Shown one piece after another: positions 39,066 through 59,500 of a DNA stretch of 64,000 bases. Within the stretch, counting starts at the first letter, position 1. Each line of letters starts with the position of its first letter. The DNA is taken from positions 5,146,001 through 5,210,000 of the forward strand of contig NEEC01000002.1 of NCBI GenBank assembly GCA_002189035.1, in the 5' to 3' direction. The notes beneath the pieces are model-generated. The model did not search any database, had not been told where the DNA came from, and was given only the letters and a program-made list of their open reading frames with translations. Source of the DNA: Utricularia gibba (taxonomy: Eukaryota > Plantae > Magnoliophyta). Both the position numbers and the translations under genes were made by a program.

Positions 39066-41784
39066 CTAGCTGGAGGCTACTTTTCTTCGGACGATTCTCT
39101 TCCTCCGCGCCTTCTGAGGTGCGGAAGGCGGTGTTGACGATGCATCAGACGGCTCACTGCCGCTGCTCTGCTGTTTGAACCCAAGAAGACCAAGCCCCGA
39201 GGTGATAGCGTTCTTTGATATGAACCATTTGGAGGAGGAAGGGGTGGCGGCACCTCCCTCCGAAGGTCTACTGTAGGCTGCCGTCAGAAGCTCATCCGAG
39301 TGAGCCAGCGGGTCAACTTCAACACCCACCCACGCTAATCTGGCTCTCTCACCTAATGGTATGTTCAGCACTCTGCATTGGTTGCACAGCAGGAACAACC
39401 AGTGAGTAAGCGGTATAAGAGATATACAGCCACCAATGGGACTCTTTCTTAAGGTCTATGGAAATAATTTATGACATTTCGAAAGTGGTTTTGAAATGCG
39501 TACCTCATGGCTGCACCAAGCAAAAGCGAAACCCCTATGACATCAAAGTGGCTGGTCACAGCCCTATCGAAACCGCATAACAGCTGGTATCGCAGATTTC
39601 CATAAAGGGCAAGGAATGAGCCATATCCAAGGGCATTGGTGCTCACAGATGGTATGCTCATACACAGCCTGTGTGACAACTCACGAACTAAGAAGTTGCA
39701 AACTCTCGCAATTATTGTAGATTGAGATGAAAAGAAGAAAAAAAGTACCTTCCCTCCATTTTGGAAGCTGCGAGGTTTGAGATGGCACCTTGTACAGTTC
39801 CTGCTACAAATCCAACCATAGACAACTCCGCAGCTTTATAGAAAAATGACTGAAGTCTCTTCTGGACATCGAATTCACGAAGTGGATAGCTCTTTTCAAA
39901 AACATTGTTTGGCAGCTTTTGGAGTGTGTTTTGCAAATCAAATCGGAAGGTATTCCCATATGAATGACAAGGGGCCAGCAACCAGAAAATGGTGCCATTG
40001 CAAGCTGCTGCAGTCAACACATTGACAAGAGCAAGTTGCCATTCCTGCTTCATCCTGCAAGAACGTTTCACGTGTTTATTAATTAATTACAGTTCCCCTC
40101 TAGATCACCGAATTTTATCAAATGCTACAACCTCTGCTTGCGATTCTTAATCTCCCACCACGTAGAACAGCCAATAGTAGTTAACTGCTCAAGAAGAAGC
40201 TTGTACAAAAATGCTGGATCTGCAATCATCCTACATGGAAAGCACAAAATTCCTCGATAAAAGGATACAACAAACAGACATCCACACATGGCTCGTACAG
40301 CACATTTGAAAGAGGCAAATAAATATACGCCTGAAACAACACATTATAAGACAATTTCCTTCACACATTCAATCTTAGAGAACACACTAATTTCATCAAT
40401 ATTTCCAACCAAAAATATTTGAAGAAAACAAGACTATGCCAAGAAGTTATAACTCTTTCTTTCTTGACAAAAGGTCGTCAATAAATCCTGTTAACGTTCA
40501 TGAAATCACTAGAACTAAAAGAAAGAAGCTAACACCTTACCTGCCATAGAATGCTCGTGACATATCCTGGGGTAGAGACCTAGCTATAAACCTTTCTGCG
40601 GTAGGTCGGGCATTCATTGCTAAAAACCTCATCATCTGAGCCGAACTGACTAAGCCCTACAGCTAATTGAACATTAGAGTATATTTCCAAGCATCGGAAA
40701 TTTTTGAAAAAGAAATTGAAACATCCATACTTACCATTTCAAACGCTTGGCGAAATCCAGCAGGCAAATCCAGGATTGTCTTCTGCCACTCATTCAGTAC
40801 AGCCTCAAGAAATTTTCTGTCAAACAACTATAAAATAACATCAATCAGATTTGAGAATACCCCTTCCTATTAAATAAGAATGATGTCCATTATCTGTAAG
40901 CACGCTCAAACAGGAGGTGCATACCTCAGGCAAAATGATTCTTCTCCGGAAGATGCCACCATCCTCTCCATCATCACCTTCATCGAAGTTGTCAAAGTAG
41001 TCATCATCATCACCCCCATCATCACCTCCATCACCGCCTCCATGATTAAGACCTTTTCCCATATCTCCTCCCCTTCCACCCACATCGAGCTTCCATATTG
41101 TAGATGGAAGAACATAGCGAGAGTTCAGGTTTTAGCATGAAATTTTACAAGTCTATACGTTCTATATCGGTTCAGAGTGCCGCTGCGCGGAATCCAAATT
41201 ATGACTTCCCACCACTTAATAAACTATGATTCAATTGCAATTCGTGAACACTCAACGAAAAAATTAATACAGCAGCATATAAAAGCTGACTCTGGGGGGC
41301 CATCTCATTCGAAGAATCAAATAAAAAATCTGGGAATCAACATCAAAGCACTAAGATGACGGAGTCCCCTAGATGCAGATACAATTACAAAAAAAAAAAA
41401 AAAAAAAAGGCTTTGGTAGTACCTCAGGACTTGATTTGGTGAGCTTCTGCGACAACTCAAGCTTGGATTTTTCCAAAGTAACAGCACCAAATGCGCCATA
41501 CTTCCCTCCCTTCATAACCGGACCTGAATCCCAAGACCCCGATGACGACGGGACATCTACGGCTGGGGCGAGACCACAAAACAACGCTCCAAGTGCGCTA
41601 CCGCTTCGCCGTCCACGACCGAAGACGTCGAAGACGCCTTTACAATAAAACGACACTTTCGCCACTTTCCATGATTCATCGGCGGAAGCAGAGGTCTGGT
41701 AGAGGTGAAAGTACACAGCGGCGAGGCGGGAGAAATGGTGGAGGCGGAAGGTGGCGACAAAGTCATCGTGGTAATCTGCGCCAT
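39066..41784 (-). CDS. DUF3411 / RETICULATA-related plastid envelope protein; 8 exons; apparent 1-nt frameshift in exon 1
   Basis: Transit peptide..AHLERCF, PVMKGGKYGAFGAVTLEKSKL, Gly/Asp-rich GGGDGGDDGGDDDDYF, MIADPAFLYKL, LPNNVFEKSYPLREFD, NLRYQLLCGFDR. Frame break at GGGG 41565-41568. Confidence 0.9.
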
Positions 41785-42600
41785 TCGTTACCGATTCTGA
41801 TGCTTCCTCTAAATGCTTTTAGGGCTTATCGTAGACAAAGCATGGTTGCGAAGATGGAGGAAGGATTAGTGCGCATGGACAGAAACTCCATCCAAAAAGA
41901 AGACGATCGCAGCAACAAAACTCGGCGGTTTCAGTCGACGGCAGGATGAGAAATGGCACTTGTTTTTCCCCCAATCCAAACTCCAACTCAATCCGAATGA
42001 ATGGCCAGATTTCAGGATATCATTTCATCAAACAATGGGCCATGGGCCTTCTCCAATATTGGGCTGCAACACATGCGCTGTGGGCCTTCAAATATTTTTA
42101 TTTATAATTATGTTGAGGTTGTGAAAGGTCAGAAAAACCCCTCCTCGTGATTTCCCGGTCCAGCCCCCCCGGTTCAAGATGCGGGGTTGCAAAGTAAAAA
42201 AAAGTAAGAATTGAATGCGGAGTTTTGAAAAGTTTGTGCAGGCAGGCAGGCAGGAGGGGTGGGGGTGACAGAGGCTATCATTGACGTATGATTTGCAACG
42301 TGGGGCCCAACTCCATCTCCGCCGTCGGATGCATCGACGGACGCGGACGCCCCGCCCTGCTCCCAACGGTCAGATCCGCCCACCCTCCGGACACGCCGCA
42401 TTCACTCCTCACAACCAAACCTCGCTTTTTTTTTTTTTTTTCTTTCCACTGACTACAATGAATTCTCCACGTCTCATCCTCGTTTTGATTATTCCCCCCG
42501 CCTCATTTATTTCTTTTTTTATTATTTTCTAAATTTTATTACAAAAATGCCAGCTGAGACTTGATCCTTTTTTTTTTTTTTTTTTACGGAAGAACAATTT

Positions 42601-42605
<5 letters not shown>

Positions 42606-42633
<28 letters not shown>
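42606..42633. repeat. (AT)n microsatellite
   Basis: Direct reading. Confidence 0.95.
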
Positions 42634-42637
<4 letters not shown>

Positions 42638-43785
42638 AATTTAACACAACTAAGAGAATAAAAATTATAATATAAGGGGGCGAATGTCATTTTTTCAGAG
42701 ATTGATAATAACGATGAGAAATAGTAACCATAACACTGTTGTGATGATTTATTTTTGAATCTCAAGCACAACAGGAGAGAGTGTGCATGTTTAAGTTTAG
42801 TGTTTAAAAAGATGATTGTATTAATTTTATATATAGTATTCATCCATGTTCCAAAATTTAGATTACGGTGAATACTGGCTGATTATATGATAACAATAGT
42901 GTCCCCTGTTTTTCTTATCAAACACTAGGATTACTTTTTTATACATCTGATGAGTATTTTTCTCATACACTCAATAGAGTATGACCATTTTTCTAATGCA
43001 TCCCTCCTGTGCAACATGGGTGTGCCAATTATGCGTTAAAAAGTAATTGAAATAAATGAATTTGAAAGGTGTTTGATGATGCATTTTTGAAAATTGTTTT
43101 TTATTTTAAAAAATTAATTCTAGTGAAATAGAATTTGGATTTGCAGCTTATTAAACGCAACAAGTATTTAATTCTAATACTATTTTTAGAAACAATAATT
43201 TTATTCTTAAAAATAATAAAATTATTTTGAAAAAAAAGGGGGTCTAATAGTTCTCGTATGATACCCCTAGAGCGCGACATAAATGTGGGGGCCCATGAAG
43301 CAAGATTCTCGCTGTCGGGTAAACGGGTTTCGTATTCCGGATCCTCCGCTGCCGCTGACACCCGGCTCCAGCTCCAGCTCGCGGTTGTGGTTTACCCTCC
43401 TCGTTGACTGGATCCATCGGGTCATCAACCCGACCCGTATTTCGAATTCAATATCCCAATAAGAGATATGTGAGAGGAGCAAAATGAAATTGCGTGATTT
43501 TACATATTTTTTATGAATAATTTAGTTTGTCCAATTTTGGTTAAAATGAAAGGGGGAAATTAAAAAAAAAAAAAAAGACATGAGGAGGCAAGTGCAATTA
43601 TGACACCAGTGCACTCTTGATCGGCCGCTCCCTTGATAAATAACGCAAGTGAGGGAGCTAGGGTTTCCACACCACCCGCAGGTCATCTCCTTCCTCCCCG
43701 CTCGCTTTGCGCTTTGCATCTAATCTATCCATTCCCTTTTCTGGCTTCTGCTTCAAAGGCGATGATTTGGTATGAAGGGGTGCGT

Positions 43786-43898
43786 GGGTTGTGGGGAATG
43801 TTGGCTGGCTCGATGCACCTACATTTTTTTCTTTGCTTCCTCTCGGAAAAAGAATGTGATGGCTTCGGACCAGGCTTCATTCCTCTCAAACACCCTTC
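43786..43898 (+). ncRNA. MIR166: MIR166 precursor hairpin
   Basis: Mature TCGGACCAGGCTTCATTCCTC at 43865-43885. Star GGAATGTTGGCTGGCTCGATG at 43795-43815. Lower stem gggttgtgggg pairs with cctctcaaacaccc. Confidence 0.97.
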
Positions 43899-44033
43899 CT
43901 CGTGACAAAAATCTGCTCAAAAAGTACCAACTTTTTGCTAACCCTTTTGATTTGAAGATGGTGTTGGGTTGTGGATTCCATTTCGCCATGAAATTCTGTG
44001 TTGTTTTTTTCCCAGTCAAAGTCATTACAGAGA

Positions 44034-44142
44034 GAGAGATGAATGAAGCCAGGCCAGCGCTGAATAGCGTGGGGAAAAAAAGTAGAGTAGGTAGCCAGTC
44101 CATGTGCAGTGCAGCTGCTGACTTGTGGCTCTCTTCTTTCTC
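44034..44142 (+). ncRNA. Candidate degenerate second miR166-related hairpin in the same pri-miRNA
   Basis: 44038-44058 is complementary to miR166 at 16/21 positions. It pairs, with bulges and G:U, with 44112-44142. Confidence 0.5.
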
Positions 44143-45330
44143 AACCATCTTCTTGTTAACTGTTTCAAGAATGCTGCACTGCGCTACATGATGTTTTTCA
44201 CATGATACTGTAGCATAGCATCTGAGGAAATAGGCACCCTTTTTTTTTTCCTTCTCGTCCAAGTAAATCTTACCCCCCCTACCTTACTCTGTGTGTTGTT
44301 CCTTTCACTGACTGACAAAAGAGACGACTTTCTTTGGAAAGCGGTGACTGGACCTCCCCCTCCCCTTCTTCATCTACAACTCAACGAAATCACTTTCTTT
44401 CCTTCTTTTTTTTTCCTTAGTGTTGTTTACTCACGTCATTTGTCTTTCTTCATCTTCATTTCCATCACCCCGCAGATCAAGAACCCAGTGGGGCAATGAG
44501 CCAGGTGCATTGAGGAAGCTGATGCTTTGTCTTCTCAGTTCCCATGTGTTTTCATCTTCTGCGAGTTGGGGTTTAGTCTGTAACACAAGTTGAAATGAAT
44601 AAATAAAGCTGTAGAAGATGATACACAAAGGATATCTTCATCAACAAACCTCAGTCCCTTGCTGAAAACTAAGAAGAACTCGGTAGGGGATGGGAGATGC
44701 ACAGACACCCGCATCTGTGTGTGTGTGAAGTTGAATTGAATTAAAGTTGCTTGTGATGTGCAGCATTTAAAGAGATGAGGAATCTCAGCACCTCATAGAG
44801 CTCACAACTCCCCTCCTCTTGCACTTTTTTTCTGTCAACAAAGGGTGCGAGGGAAGGGGGTGGTATCCGATTTAATGCAACCATAAAAGCCACGAGGGGT
44901 CACATTCGTAATTTCACATAGTCCCTTTCTGCCTAATCGCCTATGCATCCGTCACATGGATCCCTCCCTTGTCCTTTCAATGGTTTGGTATCAGTGGAAT
45001 GTGTAGAAGTGAATGACGACAGTCAAGCTGTGAAACCCAAGTTTCAAAATTGGTTAATTGGCTGTAAACCAGGAACCACACTGCCTTTCTATACATTCTC
45101 AAGACTTTGATGGATAATAGTGCTGTACTAACATGTCCGTATATGAACAAAAAGGGGGATTTTTCATTTTTTTTGTTTGTTTTGGAAAAGATAACCTTAA
45201 TCACATTCAGACGTGTGTTACAAAATCCATGAAATTACTACAAAAAGAAGCTCCTCATGCAAACTAATAGGCTAGAGGGGCCAAGATGCGTTTGGGGGAA
45301 GGGAAGCCTTCCTTCACCGGCATGACCATC

Positions 45331-53141
<7,811 letters not shown>

Positions 53142-53957
53142 GTCACCGTACTGAAAATATCAGCACCAGGAATCTGTAGGACACAAGAAAACAAACTCAA
53201 TAGCTACATAAGAAAAATCAACCAATGCACAGGCTACAACAACAAAGAGTATGAGCCTTTTGCAAAAAACGTCTGTCACTTCATAAGTGAACTTATCATT
53301 TCATTAAATTTTACAGGTTTAGATACCTATGCCAGTAACAGTGTATCAGAATGGTGAGCCAGGCACAGCCTAAAACTCAGGCCGTAAGATATAATCGAAA
53401 ACCTACATTCAAAACACATTTCTAGAACCTAAATGAATTACCTATGATATACTGCATAACTTTTAGTACATGACGCCAATAAACATAATTCTATGGCATA
53501 AAAAACAAAACCTTGAATGTCACTTCCTCAGGTGGCCATGGCTATAATTCTAGTACAAACTGAGTCTTCATGACATGCTTTCTTTATCAGAAACCGAATT
53601 ATCACATAAAAATACGAGTGTCTACCCAACCAAATTCAAATGAAAGCAATGTGAGTCTGTTCCCTCAAGTTTCACCCGCCACGGATCTCTATTCACAACA
53701 AAACGAGGAGGTGAACAACAATTGAAAGAGAAACGATTACCGGCACTGAGAAGCCTCGCAAACGACGGGATCCGTGCAGTATTGATCCCCCGGTGAATGG
53801 CGGGGTGCCCCATTGTAATGGCGGGAGAGGATAATTCGCTTCACTGCCAAAATTCAATTTACTGGAGGCCCAACTAAAAAATGGGACGACGGCCACAGGT
53901 GGGCTGTTGAAAAAATTAGCCACTTTCATAATATAATATTCAAATATTTATTATTTG

Positions 53958-53965
<8 letters not shown>

Positions 53966-54000
<35 letters not shown>
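53966..54000. repeat. (AT)n microsatellite in the RECQ4 upstream / SnRK2 downstream spacer
   Basis: Direct reading. Confidence 0.95.
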
Positions 54001-54003
<3 letters not shown>

Positions 54004-54310
54004 TGCTTTTTCATTTTAAATATACGGATTAGGCTGGAATAAAAACGATTTGATCAAATTTACGATTAAAAATATTCAGAAATGTAACGAAATAAAACAT
54101 TTTATAAAAAATAAATGACACACCATGCATAGTTTTCACACTGAAATCTCTGCACACACAGTAGTAATTTACAGACTTTCAAAAACAAATGAAACTCCAC
54201 ATGACTTCTTCACAACAAACAAACCAATACTGCATTTTTTTTTTTTTTTTTTTTTTTACGTATAGACCATGAAACAGCATTGCAGGGCACTTCCAGTGCA
54301 GGGTGAGGAC

Positions 54311-56549
54311 TCAAGATGACGGAGCTTCTCCCTTTGAATGTGCAGCAATTTCTCCGGTTGCATGCGCAGCTTTTACGTGTTGATCGTACTCATCTTCATC
54401 TTCATCTTCCTCATTGTTTCCTGCATCCTCTGGATCCTTTCCTGCTTCTTCTTCTTCCTCTTCATCTCCCCAGCCGAAGCTTCCAACTGTACGGGAGGCT
54501 GGAGATGGCATCTTTGCCTCCTCCACGATCTTCATGATCTCTGACACCGGCTGAAGAGAGAAAATGGGGTTCTCCCTGCCGTAGTATGCTGCTTGTGCTG
54601 TTTCTGTGAGTTCCCTTGGTAACTTCTTCAGGAACCATGGGTGTGATTTGATTTCCTTGATCGTAATTCTCTGAGATGCAACAAAACACAGTTACTTAAG
54701 GATCGGATGAGCATGCCATATAACCAGTCCAACCAGTCATGGCAACTGAGCATACACAGACATAGAACTCAGCCATCAAGAGTTGGAGATGGTACCCCAC
54801 AGATGACAGTTCTATGGCATATCATCAATTCCATGGAAATTTCTAATAGGAGTGAGAGAGAGAGAGAGAGAGAGAGATCAAAGAAAACAAGCTCTCATAC
54901 CCTTGCTGGATTCGCAACGAATATGCGAGAAAGAATGTGCCTGCAATCTTGTAATATGTGGACATTTTCAGGGATCTTGTATTGGACAGCCATTATCCTC
55001 TGGTGAAGATAAACCAGAATATTACATAGAGAAGCTCATTAACTGTGCAAAATGAAAACGATTACCTGAATGGTCTTCCGGAAATTCTTTGGATCGTTTT
55101 GATCTTCAAAAGGATATGCTCCCACCAACATAACATAGAGTGTCACACCACATGACCATACATCAGCCATCTGGGAAAACAACTGCATGCTTGTAATGAT
55201 GCAAAAGCAAGGGCAAAGAATTTGGAAAACGACATCAATTAATATCTCAACTGAAACAGAAACGCTACTGATACTATGAGACGATGAACATAATGGACAC
55301 TACACAGCTCCTGAAATTCAGAGAAATTTGGATTGTGGGCTTGCCTTGCCATCGTATTCTCTCCTCGACAGAACTTCTGGAGCAATATAAGCAGGAGTGC
55401 CCACTGTTGACTTGGGTCTTGAATGGAGAAGAGATGACTAGAGAAAAAAAATAAGACAAAAAATCTGAACTTGACAGGAAACAGTTACCAAACCGAAAAA
55501 GGAATATCTTAGATAGGTCTGCAGTCACTGCAACACCTTCGAGTATCCAAAATCACAAATTTTGAGGCGTGGGGCAGGGCTTCCATCCAAAAGGGTATTC
55601 TCCAGCTTCAGATCACGATGGCATATTTGCTAAAGCCAGGAAACACAGAACCCATTAAAATATTGTAAACTGGATGATATCAGGGGTAAATGGGTGGTGC
55701 CGTCCACATCCCCAGTCAGCAAATAAAATAAAAAAAACATGGATATCAGATGCAGGACATCAGGTAAGCTTAAATTTACCATTGAATGGCAGTAGCTGAC
55801 TCCACAAATTAACTGCTGGAAAAAGTATCGAGCCTGAAAGGAGCATTAAAGCACAGATGGATGCTCAGAAAATTCGAGGAGCGTATAACAAAAAAATTCT
55901 TAAAATCCACCTCATCTTCACTGAATCGTCCAGCATTGCAAATTCTCTCAAAAAGCTCCCCACCAGCAGCATACTCCATCACAATGGCAAGATGAGTCGG
56001 TGTTAGCACCACCTGTGCATCAAAGAACCATATCAGTCAATTACAGACTGTGGCTCCCTCCAACAGAGGGCTCTCATTAGTATAATCAAGTTTACCTCCT
56101 TAAATCGAATTATATTTGGATGTCGAAGGGACCTATGATTGACAATCTCACGGAATACATTTTCATCTATCTACATAACAACCAAAAAACATCAGCCAGG
56201 TTTAACGGAAATGAAGCACATATCAAACTTCATAATGAAATAAACACACTTGGACCATGATATGTGTGAATCAGTATATTAACAAATGTTCTGAATAATT
56301 CAAATGACAGATCAAAGAGGCTGCTAAATTTCCATGGAAACACATCTAGAACTATACATACAAGTGGCATATTTCAACCAAATCTCTCAAATTAAAAAAG
56401 CTAAACAAAAACTGAAGTTAAATCAGAACCATGCGCCCCCTTTCAATGCATTTCATCGCCACAAGCTCTTTAGTCTCCTTGTTTCTCATAAGCCTAGCCA
56501 CACCGAAATTTCCAGAGCCTATATCCTTCACAAGTTCGTACTTGTCCAT
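54311..56549 (-). CDS. SnRK2: SnRK2 kinase, subclass I (Glu-rich tail); 9 exons, one GC-AG intron
   Basis: [91 protein letters not shown], acidic tail [23 protein letters not shown]. Confidence 0.96.
54854..54876. repeat. (GA)n microsatellite in a SnRK2 intron
   Basis: Direct reading. Confidence 0.9.
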
Positions 56550-59500
56550 TATCAAACTTCTGCGCTTGAGCTGCTACCTCTGTTCCTACAGAAAATCCGA
56601 AGTCTCTGCCCCTTTAAATCAAACACGTAAACCGGAATTTGCTTTCCAAGATCTCGCAAAAATTAGCCTTTCACGTTAACTTTAAGCGCAAATTCAACGA
56701 TCCTGCAACCCAATCCGAGAAGGGTTTGACAGAAGATCCCCTGATCACAAAATCACAAAACGCTGATCCCGCAAATTCAGGAATGGGTATTCAAGATCGA
56801 AAGCAAAATACGTCGGACTTGGAGAAAAGCAAGGAATCCGACATGAAAGAGGGTAGAATTTAAGAGGAAAATACAGAATCAAGTAATCGTATATACGACG
56901 GAATGAAGGCGCAAGGGTACGAAGCTTTCGTCACCTATTTGAGTGAGGGGAACAGAGATTTTGAAGCGGAAATTGATTGATGGGGTCCTGCTTTCCAGGC
57001 AAGGCGGTGTGCAATACGGTCCATATGCACAAAGTAGTCCCATTGCAGGATCCATCCAAATCGTTGTTTTGTTTATCTACCTACTATATATGCGTGTGAT
57101 ACTCCCAATGCATACGATTGTGTGAGAGGAGAAAGATTCCAAATTACATTCAATGACCAGTTGCGCAGAGGGGGAGATGATAATTGTAGATGACGAAGTG
57201 GGCATCAAGAAAACAAGTGCTTGTATTGCAAGCACACCGTCTCAACTCTCAAGCAAATCAAAACCGCGACGGAACTCCATTTCCCGACGCATCTGGATAA
57301 CGAATTAAAAACTTCAGAACTTTTAATGCCGGCGCCGCCATGGCCGGGAACATTCGGTGCTGTTTCCAGTGATCACTGACCTTATTGGCAGCTACGACAA
57401 TACCTGAATTTACTTCCCATTGAATCTTCTTCGCGCCCACTGTTCAGACGGCCAACGTTTTCGGTTACTGTTGCCAAATTTCGTTTTCCGTTACCGTTGT
57501 CAATTTCACGAAGAAGTGGAGAGACTTCGCAGAGCGAAAATGAATTCCACTGAAAATTCAACAATTTATATCACATTGAGAATGATTATATTAATAGAAT
57601 TCAAAAATTTAATTTTCGAGCATTCAGTATTGGATTTTAGTATGAATAACATTACATTCTTTACAATAAATTTATATGAATATGCCTTTTTAAATACACA
57701 GTTAAATATTATAAAAAAATTAAATTTCCCAAATCGGTTTGATTCAAGTTTCATGATCAATTTATTTTTAAATTCTTGTTAATTAATTTTTTAATTAAAA
57801 ATATCGTATTACGATGGTGATATGGACTATTTGGTTGTTTTTTTTAAAAAAAGAATGAGCTGATAAAATTAATTTTTTTATATAAAAGAAAAAAATTATG
57901 TGAGCACATTCATTACTTATAAAAATTAACCCCAATATCATAGATATATCAAATCCATCATCAAATCCACTCACACTTATGTACCAAATGACTCCTATAA
58001 GATAGATTATATCATTTCTATGAAATTTGGATATGTTATATAGTTTTGAATTATAAAAAAAAAGTGAATACTTACTTTTTATATCAATTTCTGTTCACTT
58101 TAGTTTTTTGAAAAATTAATTTTGAATATTGATTGCTAGATTACATTTTGATACTTTTTACAAAAAGAAACATTAATTAAGGTGATATTTAATCCTAACC
58201 TCAATTTTTATATTTTTTGAAATTTCAGTTTATTATGGCATTGATACTTAATTCTACACACATAAAAAAACTAATAGAAAAGATGATGGTGGACATAATT
58301 CTAATAGATTGGTCGCTATCTATGAATAGAATGGGGTTATAAATCTACATACCTGAAAAACTATTATTTATAAATCCATTTATTACACCTTTCAACATAT
58401 AAATGTATCCATTTGATCTTTTATGTCTTCTCTCTCCCTGTTTCCTATTTTTTCATTTTCTTAATTTTACATTGTAATAACTAGATTTAATTATATCTAT
58501 ATTTTATATTTATTCAAATTAAGTATATAATTTTGAACTTTTAGAAACATTGATAATTGATTTTATATCATTTATATTTGTGTTTTTTTCATAATTTTGT
58601 TAAATCGTTTTACATCTCTTTTATTTCACTTTTTATATATTTTTAAATAAATTTGATATATTTTATATCAATTTAATCTTTTTAGATAAAAAGGTATGTT
58701 TTGTTATTTTTCAACATAATTTCAACCTAAATCAAGAGAAATTAGAGTTGATTTGGATGGAATGAAAATTGAATTATTCAAATGAAATCTTAGTCAAATA
58801 TTATTGAATAAGATAAGATTTCGATCTTATCCTAAAAGATTTACATTTTATTATAGAAGATTCAAATAAAAAAATTGATACAAATCTATCAACAAAGCTC
58901 AACAAATCTCCACACTTATATAATAACTTGAGCACCAAGTTGTTGGAAGACCTCAAAATCTTTAAGTTAGTTTAGTAGTCTAGAATTGAGTCCAATAGTT
59001 GTTGGTTTTGTTTCCTTTCATTTTTCATTAATTTTCATATGTTAAATCAGAGCATATGTGTTTAGGCATTTGTAGGTAAGGATATATGGTGAAGCTTTGA
59101 TTGCACAAATTCTTACGCATGTGATTATTTCATCATGTTCTTCAACATTTAATTTGATGTTTGATGTTATTTTTCGTAATGCTTCCTTTATCAATATACT
59201 CTCTAGAACCACAGAAACTAAAAAGAACGTGAAAGTATCTCGGATTGGCCTCAAACATTGATGGAGAAGAGTTCAATTGGATATTTTTGATAAGACATAT
59301 TTGGCCTAATCTGTATGAGAGGATGTGAGATGATGGGATAATAAAATCATGAATTCCAAAAATAAAAATAATAAAAATAAAAGAAAGAAAATTACTAATT
59401 CTCTAGTAATTTTACTTGCGTCAATTACTAAATCAAGAGCATGAAAAAATTAAGAGCTTCAAAAGGGATTATGAGCTAATCAACGAAACAATAAAGTATA

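Noticed and set aside
44038-44058. miR166 target mimic or self-cleavage site
   Set aside because: Four mismatches in positions 1-8 and no central bulge; fits a remnant star arm better
43633-44262. ORFs of 90-147 aa over the MIR166 locus (possible miPEP or antisense protein)
   Set aside because: They run through or antisense to the hairpin, mostly begin at non-ATG codons and resemble no protein I recognise; the miRNA explains the sequence
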